A stretch of DNA of 64,000 bases from Chiloscyllium plagiosum. Taxonomy: Eukaryota. The notes beneath the pieces were generated by a model. It saw only the letters and a list, made by a program, of their open reading frames with translations, had not been told where the DNA came from and made no database searches. The DNA is taken from positions 33,542,944 through 33,606,943 of the forward strand of contig NC_057720.1 of assembly GCF_004010195.1 (NCBI RefSeq). The letters run 5' to 3'. A program made the position numbers and the translations under genes. Below are positions 54,422 through 64,000 of the stretch, piece after piece. Position 1 is the first letter of the stretch; every line of letters begins with the position of its first letter.

Positions 54422-56059
54422 AAATAAACAGGAGTCTCAGACAATCTCCTCATTTTAGGGACTGGCTCTCAGTTGGCTGGTCAGAGCACATTATTGTGTA
54501 TATGTAAATGGGATACTGACCTGTGTGGAATTATTTCACCTCTATTTAGATTCAGGACTCTAATCATAGGATCAACTACCTTACTGTCCATCTTGACGAA
54601 AAATTCTATCATATTCTGGTTTCTTGTCCCCAAAGGGCCAACTAGATTGGGTGTTGTATAATGAGAAAAGAATGATTGACAATGTAGAATGGCCTGTTCT
54701 CTAGTTGTTTCCTCAACATATTAGTGTAGAAAACTATCCTGTTTAGATTTCTGGAATTCTTCCTCTGTGGTATTGTTACCAATTTGATTTGCCCAACCTA
54801 TATGCAGATTAAAGTCACCCATAATGACAAATGTTCCTTTTTTACATGTGTGTCTAATTTCAAATTTAATGAACCCTCACTAATGTTATTTGCTGCTTGA
54901 TGCTTCTCAGCTCTACCCATGTAGATTCCACATCGTTGGAGCTAATATCCTTCCTTACTATCTGGTTAATTCTTACTTTAGCAAGCAATGCAACTCTACC
55001 GCCATTTCCTTTTAGTCTGTCTGCCAGAAGTACTGAGTACTCCACGATGTTGAGTTCCCAACCCTGGCCACCTTCAGCCATGTCTCTGTTATCCCGAGTA
55101 TGTGATACTTGTTTTCATCTGTTTGCATGATTAATTTCATCTACTTATGTTGTGGATGCTTCATGCATTAAGGCACAAAATCTCAAGGCTTGTCTTTTTA
55201 ACATTACTTGTTGTATCTCCATTATTTTTCACAGTGCCCCTGTTTGATTCTGGACCTTGATTTCTCTGCCTTTTCTTATTCTTCTTTCTGTCTTTTGTTC
55301 TGGTCTTTGATTCCCCTTCCTCTGATTCCTTAGGTTCCTATTCCCCTGATATTATAGTTTAAGGTTTCCCCAGCCACTCTAGAAAATACTCACCTAGGAC
55401 ATCGGTGTAACCCATCCATTTTGCACTGGTCCCAGCATCCCCACAATGTGTCCCAAGTCCCCGTGAATCTGAAATCCTTTCCCTCATACTAACTCATTAG
55501 CCACATATTCATTTTGTATTTCCTGCTATTTCTAGTCTGACCAGCAGAGGCAGTAATTCTATGATGACTATCTTTGAGGTCCTACTTTACAAGTTGCTTC
55601 TAGCTCCCTATATTCCCAAATAACTCAGAGAACCATAGAATCCATACAGTGCGGAAGCCCATCGAGTCCACACTGTCTCTCCGAAGAGCAGCCCAATCAG
55701 ATAATGTGCGAGGGAGCCAGGATCGAATCCTGCTGTGGCAGATGGTGGAATTATCAGCACCACTGAATCTCCCACTGTTACCATTAACCAGAAACTCAGC
55801 TGGACTCTCTATATAAACAGTGTCTACAAGAGCTGGTTCGAGGCTAAGAATCCTGCACCGACTAAATAGTCTCTTGACTCCCCTATCCACCATCTACAAG
55901 GCACAAGTCATGAGTGTGATGAAGTACTCCACAATTGCCTGGAAGAGTTCAGCTCTAACAACACTCAGACAGCATCTCGAACAAAGCAGCCTACTTGATT
56001 GGCACCACTGCAGCAATGTGTACAAGATGCACAGCATATATTCACCAAAGATCCTTAGA

Positions 56060-56800
56060 TTTCTGGCCAAATTCAAGGTAATGCATTTTGGAAGATCAAA
56101 TTCAGATGCGAATTATACAATAATTGGTTGAACGCTTAGGAACATTGATACACAGAGGGATCAAGATGTACAGGTCCACAAGTCCCTAAAAGTGGCAACA
56201 CAGGTGGAGAAGGTTGTCAAGAAGGTATACAGCATGCTTGCCTTAATCAGCCAGGCCATTGAGTATAAAGTTGGCAAGTTATGTTACAGATGTATAAAAC
56301 TTCAGTTAAGCCACAGTTTGGAATATTGCGTGCAGTTCTGGTTACCACACTACCAGTAGGACGTGGATGCTTTGGAGATGGTAAACTTTCTCTGCACCAG
56401 GATGTTGCCTGGTCTGGAGGGTCTTAGGTATGAGGGGAGATTAGATAAATTCAGGGATTACTTGATAAAGGCATAGATAGCGTGGATAATCAGAGACTTT
56501 ATCCCAGAGTGGAAAGACCAACTACAAGGGGGCACAAGTTCAAGGTGGGAGGGGAAAGATTTAGGGGAGAAGTGCAGGAAAAATGTTTTCACACACAAGG
56601 TGTTGGGTGCCTGGAATACACTGCCAGTGGAGGTGGTGGAAGAAGGCACATTAGCACTGTTTAAGGCGTATCTTGAGAGATACATGAATGGGAGGTGAAC
56701 AGAGGGATAGAAACCATGTATGGGCAATAAGTAATAAGCCTAAATAAAGATTATGAATCAACACAGGCTTGGTGGGCCAAAGGGCCTGTTCTTGTGATGT
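56060..56800 (+). mobile_element. CR1 3' end
   Basis: KVMHFGRSN; TTRGHKFKVGGERF. Confidence 0.85.
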
Positions 56801-57923
56801 AATTACTCTCAGGCCTTTATTTCCTCCTCATTTCTACAGGATATAATACAAACTATAAACTATTAAAAAAAGAGCAAAAAGCATTTCTTCTTCTTTGCAC
56901 TGAATTCTCACTGTGCTCCAGATTCCCAGAAATATACAGTCACTCTGGCTGTGTCTCACTCAGCTTGTTCTCTCGCCCATCTGCACGTGCAAAGCTTACA
57001 AATTGTGTGCTTCCAACAATCTTTTTCATAAATAGAGCTGAGCTTGTGGGCAATGTAATTGAGGTATTACTTCAACACCAGTGTGCAGCATTCGTGCAGA
57101 CTAGGTTAATTTTTAATTATGGAGGTTGTATATTTCTAGTCAGCCTGTTTAGAGGTATAATTGCACCTCTGGAGCAGGTGGGACTTGGACCTGGGCTCCT
57201 TGGTCCAGGGATAGGAACAGTACCACTGCACCATAGGAGGGCTCCACCTTTAGAACCAAGCAGACATTCGACAAAGGTTTATTGCATGCATGGATAAGAA
57301 GCAACCAAGACATAGATGATCAGGTGTACCCAAGAACTCTGTGGGAAGCTAGGGAAGTCATTGCTGGGTCTCTTGCTGAAATATTTGTATCATCGTTAGT
57401 CACAGGTGAGTGCCAGAGGACTGGAGGTTGGCTAACGTGGTACCATTATTTAAGAAAGGTGGTAAGGACAAGCCAGGGAACTATAGACAGGTGATCCTGA
57501 TATCAGTGGTGGGCAAGTTGTTGGAGGGAATCCTGAGGGATAGGATGTACACATATTTGGAAAGGCAAGGACTGATTAAGTTAGTCAACGCTTTGTGCGT
57601 GGGAAATCATATCTCACAAACCTGGATTACGTTTTTTGAAAAAGTAACAAGGAGGATTGATGAGGGCAGAGCAGTGGACATGATCTGTATGGACTTCAAT
57701 AAGGCGTTCGACAAGATTCCCCATGGGAGTTTGGTTAGCAAGGTTAGATCTCATGGAATACAGGGAGAACTAGCCATTTGGATACAGAACTGGCTCAAAG
57801 GTAGAAGACAGAGGGTGGTGTTGGAGGGTTGCTTTTTAGATTGGAGGCCTGTGACCAGTGGAGTGCCACAAGGATCGTTGCTTGTGGTCCACTATATCTT
57901 GTCACTTATATAAATGATTTGGA

Positions 57924-58130
57924 GCTGAAAATGTGTTGCTGGAAAAGCACAGCAGGTCAGGCAGCATCCAAGGAGCAGGAAAATCGACGTTTCGGGCATG
58001 AGCCCTTTTTCAGGGCTCATGCCCGAAAAGTCGGTTCTCCTGCTCCTTGGATGCTGCCTGACCTGCTGCGCTTTTCCAGCAACACATTTTCAGCTCTGAT
58101 CTCCAGCATCTGCAGCCCTCACTTTCTCCC
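57924..58130. mobile_element. Palindromic PLE terminal-repeat insertion, 14-bp TSD
   Basis: ATAAATGATTTGGA at 57910-57923 and 58131-58144. Confidence 0.9.
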
Positions 58131-58222
58131 ATAAATGATTTGGATATGAACATAGGAGGTATAGTTAGTAAGTTTGCAGAGGACACCAAAATTGGAGGTG
58201 TAGTGGACAATGAAGAAAGTTA

Positions 58223-58304
58223 AAGTTTGGGAGAAGAGGATGTCACCTAGACAGGGGACGAAACATCTGCAATACAAATTCCCAGCTCAGCGAACAGAAC
58301 CACA
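58223..58304 (+). mobile_element. 82-bp PLE terminal-repeat fragment, 16-bp TSD
   Basis: ACAATGAAGAAAGTTA at 58207-58222 and 58305-58320; gtcacc(tagaca)ggggac-gaaac hammerhead remnant like 14095-14128. Confidence 0.75.
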
Positions 58305-58628
58305 ACAATGAAGAAAGTTACCTCAGATTACAACAGGATCTTGATCAGATGGGCCAATGGGCTGAGAAGTGGCAGATGGTAATTTAGATAAATGCGAGGT
58401 GCTCCATCTTGGGAAAGCAAATCTTAGCAGGACTTATACACTTAATTGTAAGGTCCTAAGGAGTGTTGCTGAACAAAGAGACGTTTGGTGCAGGTTCATA
58501 ACTGCTTGAAAGTGGAGTCGCAGGTAGATAGGATAGTGAAGAAGGCGTTTAGTATGTTTTCCTTTATTGGTCAGAGTATTGAGTACAGGAGTTGGGAGGT
58601 CATGTTGCAACTGTACAAGACATTAGTT

Positions 58629-59535
58629 AGAGTGGTGCTGGAAAAGCACAACAGATCAGGCAGCATCCGAGGAGCAGGAAAATCGACATTTCGCGCAAAA
58701 GCCCTTCATCAGGAATAGAGATGTCCTCCAATGCATCTCGTCTGCATCTTGTCCACATCCCACCCCTCCAACTAAAACAAGGACAGAACCCCCCTGGTGC
58801 TCACCTTCCACCCCAACCGTTGCATAAACCACATCATCTGCCGACATTTCTGCCACCTCCAAACGGAACCCACCACCAGGGATATATATTCCCTCCCCAC
58901 CCCTTTCCCCCTTCCGCAAAGACCGTTCCCTCCTTGACTACCTGGTCAGGTCCACGCTCCCAATAACCCACCCTCCCCTGCCACTGCAGAAATTGCAAAA
59001 CGTGCGCCCAGACCTCCTCCCTCACCTCCATCCAAGGCCCCAAGGGAGCCTTCCACATCCAAAGTTTTACCTGCACATCCACCAATATCATTTATTGTAT
59101 CTGTTGCTCCTGATGCGGTCTCCTGTACATTGGGGAGACTGGACGCCTACTCGCAGAATGCTTTAGGGAACATCTCTGGGACACCTGCACCAATCAACCC
59201 CACCGCCCTGTGGCCCAACATTTCAACTCCCCCTTCCACTCTGCCGAGTACACACAGGTCCTGGGCCTCCTCCACCGCCACTCCCTCACCACCCGATGCC
59301 TGGAGGAAGAACGCCTCATCTTCTGCCTCTGAACACTTCAACACCATGGCACCAATGTGGATTTTACCAGTTTCCTCATTTCCCCTTCCCCCCACTTCAC
59401 CCCAGCTCCAACCTTCCAGCTCAGCACCGCCCTCATGACCTGTCCTACCTGCCTATCTTCCTTTCCACCTATCCACTCCACCCTCCTCTCTGACCTATCA
59501 CCTTCATCCCCACCCCCACTCACCCATTGTACTCT
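58629..59535 (+). mobile_element. 5'-truncated Penelope element: inverted terminal repeat, GIY-YIG endonuclease, 3' region running into the gap
   Basis: FTCTSTNIIYCICCS*CGLLYIGETGRLLAECFREHL...VAQHFNS. Confidence 0.92.
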
Positions 59536-59592
59536 NNNNNNNNNNNNNNNNNNNNNNNNNNNNNNNNNNNNNNNNNNNNNNNNNNNNNNNNN
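59536..59592. other. Assembly gap (N run)
   Basis: Run of n. Confidence 1.
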
Positions 59593-60844
59593 TTGGTTAG
59601 GCCACTGTTGGAATATTGCGTGTGATTCTGGTCTCCTTCCTATTGGAAGGATAATGTGAAACTTGAAAGAGTTCAGAAAAGATTTACAAGGATGTTGCCA
59701 GGGTTGGAGGATTTGAGCTATAGGGAGAGGCTGAACAGGCTGGGGCTGTTTTCCCAAGGAGTGTCGGAGGCTGAAGGGTGACTTTATAGAGGTTTATAAA
59801 ATCATGAGGGGCATGGATAGGATAAATGGACAAAGTCTTTTCCCTGGGGTGGGGGAGTCCAGAACTAGAGGGCATAGGTTTAGGGTGAGAGAGGAAAGAT
59901 ATAAAAGAGACCTAAGGGGCAACATTTTCATGCAGAGGGTGGTACATGTATGGAATGAGCTGCCAGAGGAAGTGGTGGAGGCTGATACAATTGTAACATT
60001 TAAAATACATCTGGATGGATATATGAATAGGAAGGGTTTAGAGGGATATGGGCTGGGTGCTGCAGGTGGGACTAGATTGGGTTAGGATATCTGGTCGACA
60101 TGGACGGGTTAGACCAAAGGGTCTGTTTCCATGCTGAACATCTCTATGACTCTATGACATAGGATCCGTAGCAATAAAACATATGACTCCTAATCAAATA
60201 GTCTGGTAAAACGTTTAAAAGAAATTTCTGGACCCTAACAGGTATTGCTGATTTGAACTTGTGTTCTGCTGCGTGTTAACACATTAGATCACCGAGCAGT
60301 CTTTTCTGCTTTTACGTGCATATTCCAAAAATGTTACTGGCTTTGAAATAATGAGGTTTTTGATTTGAAATGGCTGTCAACCAGCCATTTAAATTGATTT
60401 CCAGCCTGGGAGAAAACCACCTCCTAATGATATTGTTCCCTAGTCTAAGTTACATTGGAACAGCAGTGCAGCTAAGTGGAAGATGAGTAAGTTTGGTGTT
60501 CGAGGACAATATAGATGTTGATTAAAATTGGAAAAAAAAGGGAAGGAGGAGTGCACAATGAGTCAGTAGATATCTGAAACAGGGTAACAAGTCTAAGTTT
60601 TAAGTATGCATCTGAAGGTATCAGTTTGTCACAGTTTCTTTTCTGAACTAGAGGTTATGGGTTGAAGTTCTACTCCAGCAATTGAGTGTGCAATCTGAAA
60701 GAATACGATGAATAATAATACAATGCTGTGATTGAAGGTGCTGGTCTTCGGATAAAATTCAAACCAGTGTCTGCCTGGTTGTTTTAACAGTTCGCGTGCA
60801 TCCCACTGCACTACTCCAAAGAACAGGATTCTCCATAAATATTG

Positions 60845-61575
60845 AAAGAATTGCAGATGCTGTAGATCAGAAACAAAAACAGAAGTTGCTGGAAAAGCTC
60901 AGCAGGTCTGGCAGCATCTGTGACAAAAAAAATCAGAGTTTATGTTTCAGGTCCAGTGACCCTTCCTCAGAGGTCTGTTTTTTTTTTGCAGAAGGTAGGT
61001 TGGGGTGAGGGGTTAGGAAAGAAATGATAGGTGGGGACAGAACCCAAAGAGAGAGGAGAATAGTTGGACAGACAAAGGAATGAATAATGATCTGGATACG
61101 AGAGTGAATGAAGACTGTTACTGGTTAACAATAGGTAGTCTGTAATGGCAGACTATGTGATGACAAGGGGTGGTGTGTGGGGTAGGACATGGGAGAGTTC
61201 AGGCTCTAAAATGATTGAACTCAATATTGAGTCTGGAGGGCTGCAGGGTCCAGAAACTGAAAATGTGTGGTTCTTCCATCTTGTGCTGAGCTTTATTGGA
61301 GCATGCAGCAAGCCTGACACAGAGATGTTGGCCAGGGAACAAGGTGGTGTTTTAAAATGGCAGGCAACTGGAAGCTCTCAGTCTTTTTTGTGGACAAAAA
61401 GTCGTCCTGCAAAGCAGTCACCCAATCTACACTTCATTTCCCCAGTGTATAAGAGACCACATTGTGAGCACTGAATGCAGTAGGCTAGATTGTGAGAAGT
61501 GCAGGTAAAGTGCTGCTTCATCTAGAAAGTATGTTTGGGGCCTTGGATACTGAGGAGAGAGGGAGGATTCTCTTC
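60845..61575 (-). mobile_element. Penelope element 3' end (GIY-YIG plus family-2 terminal repeat)
   Basis: FTCTSHNLAYCIQCSQCGLLYTGEMKCRLGDCFAG; CTGAGGA-A-GGGTC(ACTG)GACCT-GAAAC at 60941-60970. Confidence 0.85.
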
Positions 61576-61619
61576 ATTGCTGCCCTTGTTTCTGCCTCCA
61601 CTTGGCTCATTAGAAAGGA

Positions 61620-62592
61620 TGTAGAACTGGCTTGATGGTACAAGAGAGGGTGATGGTGGAGGGTTGTTTTTCGAACTGGAGGCCTGTGACCAGTGGTGTG
61701 CCACAAGGATCGGTGCTGGATGCACTTTTTCGTCATTTATATTGATGATTTGGATGTGAACATACGAGGTATGGTCAATACGTTTGCAGAGGACACCAAA
61801 ATTGGAGACATAGGGTTTAGATAAATGTGAGGTGCTGCACATCAGGGCAGGATTTATACACTTAATGGTAAGGTCTTAGGAGTGTTGCTGAACAAAGAGA
61901 TCTTGGAGTACAGGTTCATAGTTTTTTTAAAAGGTGGACTCCCAGGTAGACATGATAGTGAAGAAGGCATTTGGTATGCTTGCTTTTATTGGTCAGTGCA
62001 CTGTGTAGGAGTTGGGAGGCCGTGTTACAGGACATTGGTCAGGTCACTTTTGGAATACTGTGTGTAATTGTGGTCTCCCTGTTGTAGGAGGAAAGTTGTG
62101 AAACCTGAAAGGGTTCAGAAAAGATTTAGAATGATGTTGCCGGGGTTGAGGATTTGAGCTTTCAGGAGAGGTTGTATCAGCTGGGGCTATTTTTACTGGA
62201 GCGTCGGAGGGTAGGGGGTGACCTTTGTAGAGTTTTATACAATCATGAGGGGCATGGAGAGGGTAAATAGAAAAGGTCTTTTCCCCAGAGTGGGTTAGTC
62301 AAAACTAGAGGGCATAGGTTTAAGGTGAGAGAGCAAAGATTTAAAGGGACCTCAGGGGCAACTTTTTCATGCAGAGGGTGATGTGGATATGGAATGAGCT
62401 GCCAGAGGAAGTGGTGGAGGCCGGTACAATTGCAACATTCAAAAGACATCAGGATGGATCTATGAATAGGAACGTTTTGGAGGGATATGGGGCAAGTGCT
62501 GGCAAATCGGACGAGATTTATCTCGGCTATCTGGTTAGCATGGATGAGTTGGATCAAAGGGCCTGTTTCTGTGCTGGACATTGCTATGACTC
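61620..62592 (+). mobile_element. CR1/HER1 LINE 3' portion
   Basis: WRPVTSGVPQGSVL, FAEDTKIG, QRVMWIWNELPEEVVEAGT. Confidence 0.9.
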
Positions 62593-64000
62593 CAACAGAA
62601 GAATTAATTACTATTTGTATGATCTTTTTTGGGATAAATTGGCTGCTGAGTTTAGCCATCTAGCAATAGTATCTTTGCTTGAAAGGTAATTCATTAAACA
62701 TGAAGTATTTTAGAGGATACGATATCGAGCTGAAAGTACCAGTCTATGTTCCTTATTTTCATGCAAACTAGTGTTTTGTATTTCTCGAAGAATTAAAGGT
62801 CAGCTTCATGCAGAGATTTCTGGAGCTGCTGTTATTGATACTTAAAAAAAGAAGCACATAACAGATATATTACACAAAATTTGTGAATTGAGAGATCTTT
62901 AAAGATTGGTATTGTTTTTTCTCACCAGCCATGCTGACGGGGTGCAATATTAGCTTGTTTTTCTTTCAGATGCTGTCTGGCCCATATGTTGTCAGTTAGA
63001 ATATTGTTCAGAATGTTGATCAAGCCAATCCTTTATCCATAACTTTAACTTCTTGTCAAGAAACTGTCTGTGGATTACCAAATATTTTGTTGTCTAAGAG
63101 TGGAATCACAGAGTCAGAATATGTCTTAATCAATTAGTTTGGATTATATTATTGTTTTCCTCCCATGACTGACCTTGTTGGTATTATATTACTTTGTTAT
63201 ATGTTGATGGCATAGAACTCTATCCCTAGGAGTTAACACGGTTGAGCTATTTAACTTTAAAAAGTTTTATACTTTTTGGAGAATAATGCTCGTCATTGGC
63301 AACATTAGAGTGATGAACTCCTGTTTGTGGAGATACCAGCTCCTTCAATTGCTTGCCCCTAAGTAAACTATTTACCATGATTTTTGCTGAATTTGGAATA
63401 ATTGGCTTAAATCTCTGGTATAGCCATGCAGCTTTCCGTAAACTCTCTCCAAGTTGGAAATGCATGTTTTGGTTTTAAAAATACCCTTCTACATGTACTG
63501 GACAAAGGACTGGCATACCTTTGACTACAATAACAACTACAAGATGTGGAACTAAACTAAGGACAGAGGAATGAAAACTGAAGACTTTAATGTCAAAAGG
63601 ATCATCCTCGATAGCATCAATGTCCAATGGAACCTTCCCAGTTCTTTTGATCAAAACCAGAAGTAACACCAGAAGGGCTAAATATTCCTAATAAATATCA
63701 TATCATTTGCCCCATAGCCCTGTCAGTACCCTGATAACGTCCATACCAACCAGTGTACCGCTGGTATGTAGAATGTTAACATACTCATTAACTCCTTTAC
63801 GTCTGAGGTATTTATGAAATCTTTGATAACAAATGAATGTGGAAAGCCTTAGCTAAGTATGAAAAGCTTTTTGTGCTTCTTAACAAGTATGCCTGTAGTT
63901 TTGAGGACTTCTGACTGTCTGTGATATGAAGTATTTTGATTATATGACTTTGTGATTTTAAATCCCACAGGTCCTTTGCATATCTGACAATGGACTGTCA

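Larger units (their letters stand above)
52716..54538 (+). mobile_element. Solo-LTR-like element containing stacked Tx1-like insertions
   Basis: CCAAT-like boxes and TATAAA in the 5' part, ends ...ttatttCA; CCTCT at 52711-52715 and 54539-54543. Confidence 0.55.
52075..55600 (-). mobile_element. Decayed CR1 LINE (ORF2 5' half and ORF1 end), split by the LTR-like/Tx1 block
   Basis: EGGQGWELNIVEYSV...GGRVALLAK...VESTWVELR endonuclease motifs (54866-55081). Confidence 0.75.
57310..60157 (+). mobile_element. CR1/HER1 LINE ORF2 (RT to 3' tail) with three PLE insertions
   Basis: PEDWRLANVVPLFKKG...MDFNKAFDKIPHG...VTSGVPQGS; ESRTRGHRFRVR; tctatgactctatgac tail. Confidence 0.95.

Noticed and set aside
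57985..58035. Hammerhead motifs in the 57924-58130 palindrome
   Set aside because: Core damaged (CUGAAAA on minus; CUGA missing on plus), so not called as ribozymes

Overview
Repeat-dense, AT-rich vertebrate DNA, almost certainly from a shark: it contains HE1-type tRNA SINEs, HER1/CR1 LINE 3' tails and a Deu-domain SINE. No intact host protein-coding exon could be supported. The recognisable ORF-track hits are decayed retroelement fragments, their antisense shadows or N-gap artefacts. Contents: many CR1 LINE fragments, one full-length but frameshifted L1 (34516-40557) inside a CR1, a Rex1 LINE, L2/CR1-like LINEs, Tx1-like 3' ends stacked in a solo-LTR-like element, a Gypsy gag relic, Tc1/mariner-type MITEs, a ~24-bp minisatellite, two assembly gaps, and a candidate divergent promoter (CTCF motif, X-box, outward-facing splice donors) at ~23.7-25.2 kb. 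The most interesting signal is at least five sequence-distinct Penelope-like element (PLE) terminal-repeat families. Each carries a minimal hammerhead-ribozyme motif (CUGAnGA / helix II / GAAA / palindromic helix III / NUH) with family-specific but pairing-compatible helices, and many sit in tiny palindromic insertions with 10-17 bp target-site duplications (TSDs). Second is repeated Tx1-like insertion at one ATAAACAGGAGT motif. Repeat boundaries are approximate (read by eye).
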